From the NCBI GenBank assembly GCA_036339465.1, contig JAYZAY010000085.1, positions 64,001 through 128,000 on the forward strand: a stretch of DNA of 64,000 bases, written 5' to 3'. Below the pieces are notes generated by a model that saw nothing but the letters and a program-made list of their open reading frames with translations, made no database searches and was not told where the DNA came from. This DNA is from Myxococcota bacterium. GTDB taxonomy: Bacteria; Myxococcota; XYA12-FULL-58-9; JABJBS01. Positions 39,810 through 49,773 of the stretch are shown piece by piece. The position numbers and the translations under genes are program-made. Every line of letters begins with the position of its first letter. Positions within the stretch are counted from its first letter, which is position 1.

Positions 39810-42065
39810 ATGAGTGAGCAGTCAATTGATGATCGATATAGATCCTTAAATGAGTCGGTAAAGAGCAGTTTTAAGAGCGACAAAACAGTTATGTCGTTCA
39901 AAGAGTTTTACCGACTTATGAGCGAAACCCCAGAGTGTTATCTCCGTTCGTCAGCGCAATATGCTGTCGACATGATGGACTATTTTGGAACTCGAGAGGT
40001 TTTTCGGCCCACCGGGAAAGTATCAAGGTTCAAGGTCTTTGACATGGAGTTCGTGAGGGGAGAGGGGAGAGTTGCAGGGCAAGAAGAGGTTCAGTGGGAT
40101 GTTTACCGGTGTTTAGCCAATTTTGCTCGAGAGGGCCGAGTGAATAAACTGATTCTTCTCCATGGCCCGAATGGCAGTGCGAAAAGTTCTTTTGTTCGTG
40201 CTTTAATGATGGGGCTCGATGCTTACTCCCGGAAACCAGAAGGTGTGCTCTATTCGTTTAATTGGATCTTTCCTTCTGCCAAAGCGACTAAGGATTCCAT
40301 TGGTTTCGGAGGGGCTGGAATAGCGCGAGGGGACGAAGAAAGTTATGCTTATTTACCTCCGGACCTGATTGATGCTCGCTTACCCTGCGAAATGCGGGAC
40401 CATCCAATATTTCTACTTCCTTTTGTAGAGCGAATGGAGCTTTTAGATCGACTTGCCCCGGAGGGTCAGCTGGAGGTGCCGGGTGCGTCGAGGACTCGAA
40501 CCTTGGCAGACTACTTTAGGAATGCAGATCTCTCTTATAAATCAAAGAAAATTTTTGATGCGCTTTTAACGAGCTACGATGGTGATTTGGATCGGGTTCT
40601 CAATCATATTCAAGTAGAGCGCTATTATTTATCCCGACGCTATCGCTCAGGCATCGCAACCGTTGAACCTCAAATGGCTGTGGATGCTCGTATCCATCAA
40701 ATCACCTCAGACCGTTCTTTGGCTTCCCTTCCGAAGACGATTCAGCACTTGTCGCTTTTTGAGCCAACAGGGCCAATTGTGGATGCCAACCGTGGGCTTT
40801 TGGAGTACAGCGATTTTCTTAAACGTCCAGTTGAAAGCTTCAAGTATTTATTGTCGACCGTTGAAACATCAGCGGTAACGCTGGATTCATTCATCTTGAA
40901 TATCGATTTAATCTACATAGCTTCCACCAATGAAACTTATTTGGAGGCCTTTAAGAACCATCCCGATTTTTCTTCTTTTAAGGGGCGTATGGAATTGGTG
41001 AAGGTTCCGTATTTGCGGCATTACTCATCGGAGTTGGATATTTATCGTGCCACGATAAATGAGAAGGTGATCGGTAAGCACATCGCTCCCCATGCGGTGG
41101 AAGTTGCGGCGCTTTGGGCAATATTAACTCGGTTGAGAAAGAACAATGAAGAGGGTTTTTCGGAAGGGGTTCAAGAGGTCATCAAGTCCCTAACGCCATT
41201 GGAAAAATTGTATTTATATGACCTTGGTGAGGTGCCTGAACGGTTAACAACTCGGCAAGCGAAGGAGCTGACGCATTGCATTGGGGAGGTTTACAAGCAG
41301 GTTGGGGGCTGGTCGCTTTATGAAGGTTCGGTTGGGGCGAGTGCCCGAGAGATCAGAACGGTTCTTTTGAATGCAGCGAATTCCGAATTCTATGGTTACC
41401 TCAGCCCACTGGCGGTTTTCCGGGAGATTGAAAAATTGCTGGTAAATACAAGTGTTTATGAGTTTCTGAAGCAGGAGGTTCGAGATGGCTACCACGATCA
41501 CAAGGGGTCCTTAAGGATTGTCATGGACCTGTATTTAAGGTGGGTTGACGATGAGATCTGTGATTCCATGGGGCTGGCTCCCGAGGAGAGCTATGATGCA
41601 CTCTTTTCGAACTATGTTTTGCATGTTTCCCATTGGGTCAAGAACGAAAAGATGCTCGATCCGAGCTCTGGGCAATATGTGAATGCCAATGAACGCTTTA
41701 TGAAGAAAATCGAAGGAAGTTTATTGACTAAGAGCGAATCAGAGAAAGACTTTCGCGGTAATATCATTGCAACCATTGGGGCACGTGCTCTGGATACCCC
41801 AGATAAGAAGCCGGATTATTCGATTATTTTTAAGCGCTATATTCGTAAATTACGAGACTCTTTTTATGAATCCAAACGCCAAGAGCTCAAAACGTTGAAT
41901 CAGAATTTTTTGAAGTATGCTTCTGGGGAGAGGGATGTCTTGGAAGAAAAGGAGATCAAGGCAGTGGAGGCCATGCTGGATAGATTAAAGTCACGTCATG
42001 GTTATACCCTTGAGAGTGCTCGAGATTCGGTCGCCTATTTATTACGCAGCAAGTATGAGGCTTAA
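39810..42065 (+). CDS. prkA: PrkA/YeaG-family AAA+ protein (annotated as serine kinase)
   Basis: LLHGPNGSAKS, ANRGLLEYSDFLK, IAPHAVEVAALWAILTRL, GASARE. Confidence 0.88.
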   Translation: MSEQSIDDRYRSLNESVKSSFKSDKTVMSFKEFYRLMSETPECYLRSSAQYAVDMMDYFGTREVFRPTGKVSRFKVFDMEFVRGEGRVAGQEEVQWDVYRCLANFAREGRVNKLILLHGPNGSAKSSFVRALMMGLDAYSRKPEGVLYSFNWIFPSAKATKDSIGFGGAGIARGDEESYAYLPPDLIDARLPCEMRDHPIFLLPFVERMELLDRLAPEGQLEVPGASRTRTLADYFRNADLSYKSKKIFDALLTSYDGDLDRVLNHIQVERYYLSRRYRSGIATVEPQMAVDARIHQITSDRSLASLPKTIQHLSLFEPTGPIVDANRGLLEYSDFLKRPVESFKYLLSTVETSAVTLDSFILNIDLIYIASTNETYLEAFKNHPDFSSFKGRMELVKVPYLRHYSSELDIYRATINEKVIGKHIAPHAVEVAALWAILTRLRKNNEEGFSEGVQEVIKSLTPLEKLYLYDLGEVPERLTTRQAKELTHCIGEVYKQVGGWSLYEGSVGASAREIRTVLLNAANSEFYGYLSPLAVFREIEKLLVNTSVYEFLKQEVRDGYHDHKGSLRIVMDLYLRWVDDEICDSMGLAPEESYDALFSNYVLHVSHWVKNEKMLDPSSGQYVNANERFMKKIEGSLLTKSESEKDFRGNIIATIGARALDTPDKKPDYSIIFKRYIRKLRDSFYESKRQELKTLNQNFLKYASGERDVLEEKEIKAVEAMLDRLKSRHGYTLESARDSVAYLLRSKYEA

Positions 42066-42245
42066 TATGAGGATTAGAGTTCCATGTTTCCGGCCCTAGT
42101 CCCTTGCTACAATGGCCTTCTGTCATCTAAAGGGCATTTCACTGAGCACCGTGAGGGGAAATGAGCCCTGTTTCGCCATGGCAAGATGGCGGTGTTTGGT
42201 TTTGAAGTATATCTGGGTGAACTCAATTGGCCAGGGAGAAATTAA

Positions 42246-42740
42246 ATGACAGACTATACGGAAATTGTCCGCGAGTTAGCTGAGGAAAAATTTACAGAGA
42301 TTTTTCAAGCCTCCGGACGTAAAGCAAAAGAGACATATTTCGCTAGGCATCAGATTAAGGCAAAGAGTTCGCGTCGCCACCGTCGACCCGGTGACAAAAC
42401 CCGCGAGCGGATCGTAAGGCTTTTTAATCTCTTAAAGGAACATCAAGATGATGAGATGGTAGAAGAAATCCTGAGGGTATGGCTTTTATCCAAGCGGCCG
42501 ATGTTGGCGGCTGCCCTCGACCATTTGGGCATTGAGCATGATGACGGGTTAACTGAATCCGATGATCTTAGTAAGATTACGGGATTGGGTGAAGACGATT
42601 TAACGATTTTGGTCGGTAAACTCAAAGAGGTCGCTTCTGTGGCAGATATCGAAGTTTATCTGAAATATCTGGGCGTATCGGATTCAGCCAAGGCTCTGGA
42701 AGGTGAACTTGCCCATAGCGACCACGACTTAACGATTTAG
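42246..42740 (+). CDS. hypothetical protein
   Basis: GGGAGA RBS; WLLSKRPMLAAALDHLGIEHDDG helical motif. Confidence 0.8.
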   Translation: MTDYTEIVRELAEEKFTEIFQASGRKAKETYFARHQIKAKSSRRHRRPGDKTRERIVRLFNLLKEHQDDEMVEEILRVWLLSKRPMLAAALDHLGIEHDDGLTESDDLSKITGLGEDDLTILVGKLKEVASVADIEVYLKYLGVSDSAKALEGELAHSDHDLTI

Positions 42741-43678
42741 TCGTCTGCTTCGATTGCTTCTAGATAACCGCGCTTAAGGAGAACGTTGAGATTTTCTTCG
42801 AATTCGTCGGGGCTGGTTTTGGCATGTTTCATGGCCCGTTCTGGGCTCTCGTAGTTCAGAATGAGTTGTAGTGTATCCAATTGGCTTGGGCTGAGGGCTG
42901 AGAGTTTAGGAACGAGGGGTAGTGACCAAGTTAGGAGGGTTTCGATTTCCTCGGTTGCTTCCTGTGGGAGGGACGCAGGGAGTAGGTCTAAATGCTCTCG
43001 GGCTAGGTCCACCATTCGAGTAATCGTGAGTGCGTGATCTTGATGGATATCCTCTGGTGTTGGTTCCTTGGTGAAACGATAGTTTCCTCTTTGCAAGCGC
43101 AATAGTGCAGATGCAGCATCTTCACCTTTTATCGTGTCGTTAGAGATTGTTGCTTCGAGTATTTGTCCCGTGGCAACAAAGATATTACCGCTTAGCTCTT
43201 CTGCCTCAATGCGTAAGGTTCCGACTTTCTGACTCGTTAATAGGAGCTGAAGCGTGTCGAGAAGAGGGATTTCCTCGATCGCATACGGTTGGAAGATTGT
43301 ATCTCGGTTGGTCTGGGAAACCAGCTCCATTTGAGCTTTGCGTGTATCGATATCAAAGAGGTCTTGATCAATTTCCGACTCTTCAAGAGGAACGATTTTG
43401 ATAATAGAAGTTCCGATCAAGACGCGGTCGTATTGATTTAGCTCTGTTCGACGTACCTCTTCACCGTTGACGTAGATTCCATTGGTCGAACCCAAGTCGG
43501 TGATTGAAAGGCCTGTTGCACTGATTTGGATTTTAGCATGTTTGCGAGATACCATGTCTTCGGCAAAAACCAAATCGAGTTCCTCGGATCTTCCTATGAG
43601 CAATTCACCCTCGGAAGGCAGGGGTAGGATCAGCCCTTTGTAAAGCCCTGAGATAAATTGAAATCCGAGTGCCTGCAT
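42737..43678 (-). CDS. FHA-domain protein with DUF4388 (PatA_N-like) domain
   Basis: IGRS, VSRKHA, DLGSTNG.YVNG (FHA); IPLLDTLQLL...GTLRI (DUF4388-like). Confidence 0.85.
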   Translation of the reverse strand: MQALGFQFISGLYKGLILPLPSEGELLIGRSEELDLVFAEDMVSRKHAKIQISATGLSITDLGSTNGIYVNGEEVRRTELNQYDRVLIGTSIIKIVPLEESEIDQDLFDIDTRKAQMELVSQTNRDTIFQPYAIEEIPLLDTLQLLLTSQKVGTLRIEAEELSGNIFVATGQILEATISNDTIKGEDAASALLRLQRGNYRFTKEPTPEDIHQDHALTITRMVDLAREHLDLLPASLPQEATEEIETLLTWSLPLVPKLSALSPSQLDTLQLILNYESPERAMKHAKTSPDEFEENLNVLLKRGYLEAIEADD

Positions 43679-43700
43679 ATTTTGAGTTCCTCAGGGCCGC

Positions 43701-44549
43701 TTATTGTTCTTTTGATTTGGGATTTCCCGGCTGTTTCTGCTGGGTTTCTATGGCTTTTAGGGATTCCAGGCGTTTCTCTAAAGCGTTTCGACTTGGGTAC
43801 TTGGGGTATTTTTTCGAAAGAATGGCCAACTGTTTTTCCGCTTTGAGAAGTTCACCCATGGTCAGATAGGATTCGGTACTAATGGCCAATGCTTGGTCCT
43901 CCACCGAAGACGCTGGAAACTCTTCAAGTAAGTACAGGGATCTGGCCAACGCAGCCTTAAACTTTCCTTTTTTGAAATAGAAATTTGCCACATAAAATTC
44001 ATGATCTGCAAGGCGACTGCTACATTCTATGATTCGTTGCGCGGCTTTTCTGCTGAATTCTGAATTTGGATATCTAGCTGTGAGCCGCCTATAGGCTCTC
44101 AGGGCAGCGTTCACCCGCTTTTGGTCTTTTTCTGCGGCAGGCGGAAGCAAGACAAAATCACTGGGACGTCTTTCATAATCGGCTTCGGCGATTTTGTACA
44201 GTGCTTCAGGTATGGCTTCATGTTTCGGGCTGTATCGAATAAAACGATTGAAGCTACTGATGGCTTCTTGGTATTTCCGCTGTGCCAAGAGAGTATCTCC
44301 GATCCTGAGGTCGGCCAATCGAGCAAATGCTGAATAGGGAAAATTATTCTTTAGTTTGCTGAAGCCTTGAACCGCTTCTGGGTACAATCCATCGTCAATA
44401 TTTACCATCGATGCTTCGTATAAATATTCGGGACTACCCGGCTTTAAGCCTTCGAGGCGGCTGGAAGTGGCACAGTTTACAAAGAAGATTGACACCAAGA
44501 AGGCAGCCAACGTCATACTCAAGATTTGTTTGGATGGTCTCAAAATCAT
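43701..44549 (-). CDS. bamD: outer-membrane assembly lipoprotein BamD
   Basis: Lipobox FVNC, FPYS, YPNSEF, LADHEFYVANFYFK. Confidence 0.88.
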   Translation of the reverse strand: MILRPSKQILSMTLAAFLVSIFFVNCATSSRLEGLKPGSPEYLYEASMVNIDDGLYPEAVQGFSKLKNNFPYSAFARLADLRIGDTLLAQRKYQEAISSFNRFIRYSPKHEAIPEALYKIAEADYERRPSDFVLLPPAAEKDQKRVNAALRAYRRLTARYPNSEFSRKAAQRIIECSSRLADHEFYVANFYFKKGKFKAALARSLYLLEEFPASSVEDQALAISTESYLTMGELLKAEKQLAILSKKYPKYPSRNALEKRLESLKAIETQQKQPGNPKSKEQ

Positions 44550-44613
44550 GTGGACTCATTACTTGCCCCTATGCCTCTGCGCAAGGGCCTCTAACAATCT
44601 TCCAAGAGCTCGG

Positions 44614-45222
44614 CTATTTTTTCGCAATGATGAAGTGAGTGAAAAGCGCGTCTATGAGTTGGCTCCGGGCTTTCTCCCCGATAAAGACTGAATCCCCTTG
44701 ATCGACGATCCAATTTCGTACCGTTTCATCGACTCCGGCTCTAAGGCGCTCAATGGCTTCGATATCTGCTTCGGAGCCCGTGAGGATTTCTTTCCATTTA
44801 GGGGGATTGGTGGGGTGGATACCATTTTCTTCGATCCACTCACTTACCCTTTGTCGCATTTTCTTGTCTCTAAATTCAAACCAACGGCGCCGCTCATCGG
44901 GCAAGGTTAAGAGGATGTCTTTGAATCGTCGAAATGCGCCTTTGCCGTTAATGGCGGCCATCATGCGTGATTGAATAGGTTCATGTTCGATGGACTTTAC
45001 AAATTCTGTTACCCACTGGTATTGGATTCTTGAAGGCACTACTTCAATGGAGCGAAATTTACCGGGGGCGTTTTTAATGGTATCGAAACCCTCATCTCCA
45101 TTGTCGAGTTTTACGACGATCCCATCATCGAGGTTAAGAAAGCATTTACACTCCGCTGCATTGGCTTGGAAGGCGGTGTAAAGACCTTGCCAATCAATAT
45201 TAAGTTCTGTCACGATGTCCAT
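44614..45222 (-). CDS. UPF0158-family protein
   Basis: AINGKGAFRRFKD...RRRWFEFR...EWIEENGI. Confidence 0.85.
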   Translation of the reverse strand: MDIVTELNIDWQGLYTAFQANAAECKCFLNLDDGIVVKLDNGDEGFDTIKNAPGKFRSIEVVPSRIQYQWVTEFVKSIEHEPIQSRMMAAINGKGAFRRFKDILLTLPDERRRWFEFRDKKMRQRVSEWIEENGIHPTNPPKWKEILTGSEADIEAIERLRAGVDETVRNWIVDQGDSVFIGEKARSQLIDALFTHFIIAKK

Positions 45223-45411
45223 CCTATATTTGTTCAATCGTCATTCGCCATAGAGACGGGCACTTCTATTGATCCTAAGCCCCCACCCCCATGGTTTCAT
45301 ATTTCCGGGAGCAAGGACAAACCCCACAGTCATTTTATTGAATAAAAAGATGAATAATGTAGGTTGTTTAGGTACACGAAAAGTCAGCGAGCTCTGGAAC
45401 GCGCGTTTTTC

Positions 45412-46215
45412 TCAGGGATTTTGTGGCTCTGTCTCTTTTTCTGGTTCTCGCGCTTCCAATACTTGAGATTCTTCAGGAGCGAATTCAACGATGTTTTCTT
45501 CTAGATCTGTGAGTGTGGGGTCGGGAGGAGGTATTTCCTGCAGAGGTAGAGTGCCCACAAGATCTGAAATCGCTTTCGTGAGGCCAGGTTCAAGGTAGTT
45601 TGTTACCTGTTCGAGGAGAGCTTTACTCTGCATCTGGTAGGCCGTACCTTTGTCAATGGCACTTTTAAGTAGGGTTTCAGCATTCTTGAGTTGTGCCTTC
45701 ATGTTTTCTAGAATGTGCTTGCCCTGCAGATAGCTAAGGTCTGCTCCCAAAGTACCCAATTCGCGAAATTGAACTTCACTAATGCCAGGTAATCGTTTGA
45801 GGCGGCTTAGATAGTTTTGGGCATCTTCCTGCTCTCCTGTGTCGGTCGAATGACGAACCGTTTGTCTGATCCACTCTGAAACGATCGCGAACAAGGCTCG
45901 ATCGAGTTCGGACCGATCGTCGAAGAGTTCGTTGGTATTATACACGAAGGTTTTTGGGGCTTTGAGGGGATCATAGACGCCAGCCAAAGAGGCAGCCTTG
46001 GGTAGGTAGTTCTGAAAACCATAGGGCAAAAAGAGCCCCTTTTGGATGATGAACTCTTGATTGACCAATTCCAGCCTAAATTGTCTACGGTTAATATCAC
46101 TTCTCAAATAGAGAACGAGTCCAACGAGAATGGCGATAACCAATGAGATAAGGAGCGTGGACCAGGACCGTGTTTTGGTCTTTGCTGGCGGCAATCCTTT
46201 CTCATTTATCTCCAT
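45412..46215 (-). CDS. single-pass membrane hypothetical protein
   Basis: N-terminal TM LLISLVIAILVGLVLYL; start MEINEK overlaps the end of hpt. Confidence 0.7.
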   Translation of the reverse strand: MEINEKGLPPAKTKTRSWSTLLISLVIAILVGLVLYLRSDINRRQFRLELVNQEFIIQKGLFLPYGFQNYLPKAASLAGVYDPLKAPKTFVYNTNELFDDRSELDRALFAIVSEWIRQTVRHSTDTGEQEDAQNYLSRLKRLPGISEVQFRELGTLGADLSYLQGKHILENMKAQLKNAETLLKSAIDKGTAYQMQSKALLEQVTNYLEPGLTKAISDLVGTLPLQEIPPPDPTLTDLEENIVEFAPEESQVLEAREPEKETEPQNP

Positions 46216-46756
46216 GATAAACCCCAATAAATGGTAGGTTTCGATATTTTCCCGCATAGTCCAAGCCGTAGCCAACGACGAACTTGTCGGGGATAGAGTA
46301 ACCAACGTAATCCACATGGACGGTCTTGGTCCGGCGCGCTTTTTTGTCTAAGAGAGTACAGACTCTTAGGGACTTTGGCCTTCGAGTTTCAAAGTTGTCG
46401 AGAAGATAGCGCATGGTGAGTCCTGTATCCACGATGTCTTCGACCACAATAACATCTTTTCCTTCAATACTTCGAGTTAAGTCGGAGGTGATTTGTACTA
46501 CCCCGCTACTTTTAGTGTCCGAACCATAGCTGGAGATGCCCATGAACTCACATTCGAGGGGGAGATCGATGCTTCGGATTAAATCTCCGTAGAAAAGAAA
46601 ACATCCCTTGAGAATCCCAATCATGATGAGTTCTGTATCGGGTGAATAGGATTGTGTTATTTCGCTGCCGAGGGCGGCGATTCGTGTTTGCAGCTCTTCT
46701 TTTGAGTACAAAACGTTGACGTTGTTTCGCCATCCTGGGTTTGTTTGTTCATTCAT
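46202..46756 (-). CDS. hpt: hypoxanthine phosphoribosyltransferase
   Basis: ILKG, SSYG, VEDIVDTGLT, FVVGYGLD, YRNLP. Confidence 0.96.
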   Translation of the reverse strand: MNEQTNPGWRNNVNVLYSKEELQTRIAALGSEITQSYSPDTELIMIGILKGCFLFYGDLIRSIDLPLECEFMGISSYGSDTKSSGVVQITSDLTRSIEGKDVIVVEDIVDTGLTMRYLLDNFETRRPKSLRVCTLLDKKARRTKTVHVDYVGYSIPDKFVVGYGLDYAGKYRNLPFIGVYHGDK

Positions 46757-46771
46757 TTTAGGCTCCTCAAG

Positions 46772-47617
46772 CTAGTCATCACAATTGCTCAGGACTTCAC
46801 CAAATCCCCCGACACCGGGGACGATGTAATCATTGGCATTGAGTCCAATTTCATTTGCCCACTTCGTTCCTAGGGGAGTTTCCAACACCTCCTCAGAGCT
46901 AAGTCCGCGGTCTAAACGAACGGCGAAGATGTGAATGTTTGCCTCGCATTCATTCTGCATCCGCCGCAAATACTCGGGGGTTACCACCAAGTGCAGTAAG
47001 CAATAGAGTTTTGGCCCCGGACTGGCAAGTGATTCGTAATATTGAACGGTTTCAAGCATACTACTTCCGGTGGCGGCCATGGGATCAGGGATAAAGACGA
47101 CAGCTCCATGGGCTTCTTTGCCTGTTTTAGCGCCGGTGAAATCCACGCCTTGCACTCGGCCATCTGTGCCAACTTTGCGGTTCATCGTTAGAAAGTCCTG
47201 CCTGACTAAGGCCGGTTCTAGAATTGTGGTTAGTTCGTCGTAAACAACCTGAGCCGGAAGGAGGCCGGCTCGAGCCACACCTACCGAGATTGCCCGTGTC
47301 TCCGGAGAAATGACCATACCTCTCCAGCCGTAGCCAGGATGGGCCAGCGACATTCGAGTGGGTAACTTAACCTCTGTTTTGGGAAGAAGCTTTGCCGCCG
47401 CTTGCCGAAGCAAGTCACGGTAGAGATTTCTTGTGAGGTGTTGAAGTTCCGGGGCTTTGGTCTTTGGGTGAGATAACTTTGCGAGTTCTGTCCACATAAT
47501 GGGATTATGTGACAAGACGACATTTTCTCCGTAGCTATGGGTTAGCCCAAGGGGAGAAAAGTCATTCCTCAAGTAGGCGGTTTCCTGGCTTTTATTGAAT
47601 GATAAATCGTTGCTCAT
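46772..47617 (-). CDS. upp: uracil phosphoribosyltransferase-like protein
   Basis: VARAGL, PDPMAATGSS PRPP loop, LNANDYIVPGVGGFG. Confidence 0.8.
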   Translation of the reverse strand: MSNDLSFNKSQETAYLRNDFSPLGLTHSYGENVVLSHNPIMWTELAKLSHPKTKAPELQHLTRNLYRDLLRQAAAKLLPKTEVKLPTRMSLAHPGYGWRGMVISPETRAISVGVARAGLLPAQVVYDELTTILEPALVRQDFLTMNRKVGTDGRVQGVDFTGAKTGKEAHGAVVFIPDPMAATGSSMLETVQYYESLASPGPKLYCLLHLVVTPEYLRRMQNECEANIHIFAVRLDRGLSSEEVLETPLGTKWANEIGLNANDYIVPGVGGFGEVLSNCDD

Positions 47618-47759
47618 AAAAATTTTCCCTCTTTATGCTCCATCTTCGGGAAAGTCAAAATAGCCACTTAGACTTGACCCGGCCGCCTACCTTCTCTAGG
47701 AGCTTGTTGGCGTTTTTTTTTGATTGCTATCCCTGAGTTGGGAGATAAGTGAGGAATTC

Positions 47760-48782
47760 ATGAGTTCATATGATCCATTCAATCGACCTGCTTCACAGGG
47801 CGGCGGGGGTTATCGTCCCCCGAGCGGCCCCCCTGGTGAAGATCTCTTAAAATTGTGGCATGAGAGGCGTCCTGTGTTTATCGGGATTGGTTTATTGCTC
47901 CTTGCTCTCTATGGTTTTTCTTCGGCTCTCTATACGGTTGAAGAGGGCCATGTTGGGGTTGTTTTACGCTTTGGCGAACATCAAGAAAATACCGCCCCAG
48001 GACTGCATTATAAAATTCCGTTTGGTGTCGATGAGGTGGAAAGTGTTGCGGTCCAGAAAATGCAAAAAATGGTTTTCGGCTACCGAGAAGGGCCTAACGG
48101 TCTGGTCCGAACCCCTGAGTCTGGCTTGGAAGCAGAAATGCTCACGGGCGACACCAATGTAGCGACTGTCGAGTGGAGTATTCAATACAAGATCGAAAGC
48201 CCAGAGAAGTATCTCTTTAAATTTCGGGATGTTGAGAGCACTCTCAGCTTGCTGGCTGAGGCCACCATGAGGACCATCGTGGGTGATTATTCCTTCGAAG
48301 AATTATTGACGGAAGGACGAACTGAGATTCAGATGGAAGCCAAAGCCTTGTTGGTTAAGCTAAATGCGCTTTATGATACAGGGATAACGATTCTGCGTGT
48401 GGATCTTGAGGATACCAATGCACCGGAAATGGTGAAACCAGCCCTGCGTGAAGTTGAAGAGGCAAAGCAAGAACGTGAGAGAATGAAGAAAGAGGCCCTC
48501 GCCGATTACAACAAAGAAATTCCTAAAGCCCGTGGCCAGGCGTTGGAGGTGATTGAAAAGGCTCGTGGTTACTCGGTTGAACGCATCAATATGGCCAAGG
48601 GCGATAGTGCCAGATTCAATTCTCTTTACACCGCTTATCGCCGTGCTCCGGAGGTTACGAGAACTCGACTTTATCTAGAAGCCATGACCGATGTCTTGGC
48701 GAAGGCGAAACAGAAAGTGATTGTGGATCCTCAAGCGAAATCTCTACTTCCCCTCATTCACCTGAATCAGAAGGCTAAATAA
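47760..48782 (+). CDS. hflK: FtsH modulator HflK
   Basis: VVLRFG, PGLH, MLTGD.N, APEVTRTRLYLE. Confidence 0.93.
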   Translation: MSSYDPFNRPASQGGGGYRPPSGPPGEDLLKLWHERRPVFIGIGLLLLALYGFSSALYTVEEGHVGVVLRFGEHQENTAPGLHYKIPFGVDEVESVAVQKMQKMVFGYREGPNGLVRTPESGLEAEMLTGDTNVATVEWSIQYKIESPEKYLFKFRDVESTLSLLAEATMRTIVGDYSFEELLTEGRTEIQMEAKALLVKLNALYDTGITILRVDLEDTNAPEMVKPALREVEEAKQERERMKKEALADYNKEIPKARGQALEVIEKARGYSVERINMAKGDSARFNSLYTAYRRAPEVTRTRLYLEAMTDVLAKAKQKVIVDPQAKSLLPLIHLNQKAK

Positions 48783-49726
48783 TGAAGTTACCTATTATTA
48801 CTGTCCTAGTTGTGGCGTTACTGGCGCTATTGCAGTCTGCAGCCTACATCGTTCCAGAATGGGAACAGGTTCTTATTACCCAATTTGGCGAAGCGGTGGG
48901 AGAACCCATCAATGAGCCCGGACTAAAGTTTAAGATACCGTTTGTGCAGAGGGTCAATAGGTTTGATAAGCGGTGGCTCGATTGGGACGGAACCCCTGAC
49001 GAACTGATCACCAAAGAAAAGACCTTCATTTTTGTAGACACCTATGCCCGGTGGAGGATCATTGATTCTCTCAAGTTCTTAAAGACGGTAAAAAATGAAC
49101 CGACGGCTCGTTCGCGAATCAGTGCCATCATCGGGAGTATCACTCGAAACGTCATTGCTTCCTATGACTTGATTGAGGTTCTTCGCTTAAGTAATCGAGA
49201 ATTCCGTAAGGTTTCCGGCATTGATTCGATGAAACTTTCTCCTGATGTGGCGGAAAAATTTCCAAAAATCGGAACGGGGCGGGAAAAAATTACCACCCAA
49301 ATTTTGGATAAAGCAGCCTCAGCACTTTTAGATTATGGAATTGAAGTTGTGGATATTCAATTTCAGCGGGTGAATTATACGGATTCTGTTAAGCAAGAGG
49401 CCTTCGGCCGAATGATTCAGGACCGAAAAAGTATTGCAGCCGCTTATCGTTCTGAAGGGGCAGGAGAGGCAGCGAGGATTCGAGGTGATAAAGAGCGAGA
49501 GTTAAAGAGTATTACTTCTGGGGCATACGAAACAGCCGAAACCCTTAAAGGGCAAGCGGATGCGAAGGCCACAGATATTTATGCTGCCGCGCACAACCGA
49601 GATCCTGGTTTTTATCGATTTATTAAGAGTTTGGATAGTTACGGCGAAACCCTAGACCAAGATTCAATGCTTTTGCTTTCTGCAGACTCTGAATACCTAA
49701 AACCTTTGATCCATGCCGGTAAGTGA
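48782..49726 (+). CDS. hflC: FtsH modulator HflC
   Basis: TQFGE, PGLKFKIPF, RSEG, FYRFIKSL. Confidence 0.93.
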   Translation: MKLPIITVLVVALLALLQSAAYIVPEWEQVLITQFGEAVGEPINEPGLKFKIPFVQRVNRFDKRWLDWDGTPDELITKEKTFIFVDTYARWRIIDSLKFLKTVKNEPTARSRISAIIGSITRNVIASYDLIEVLRLSNREFRKVSGIDSMKLSPDVAEKFPKIGTGREKITTQILDKAASALLDYGIEVVDIQFQRVNYTDSVKQEAFGRMIQDRKSIAAAYRSEGAGEAARIRGDKERELKSITSGAYETAETLKGQADAKATDIYAAAHNRDPGFYRFIKSLDSYGETLDQDSMLLLSADSEYLKPLIHAGK

Positions 49727-49773
49727 TCCAGTGTTTTCAATCTGAAATGTGGAGAGATGCTGTCGGGGGATAG

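Noticed and set aside
42141..42200. Hammerhead ribozyme or fluoride riboswitch
   Set aside because: No CUGANGA core before the stem-GAAA on either strand, and the crcB consensus is not met.
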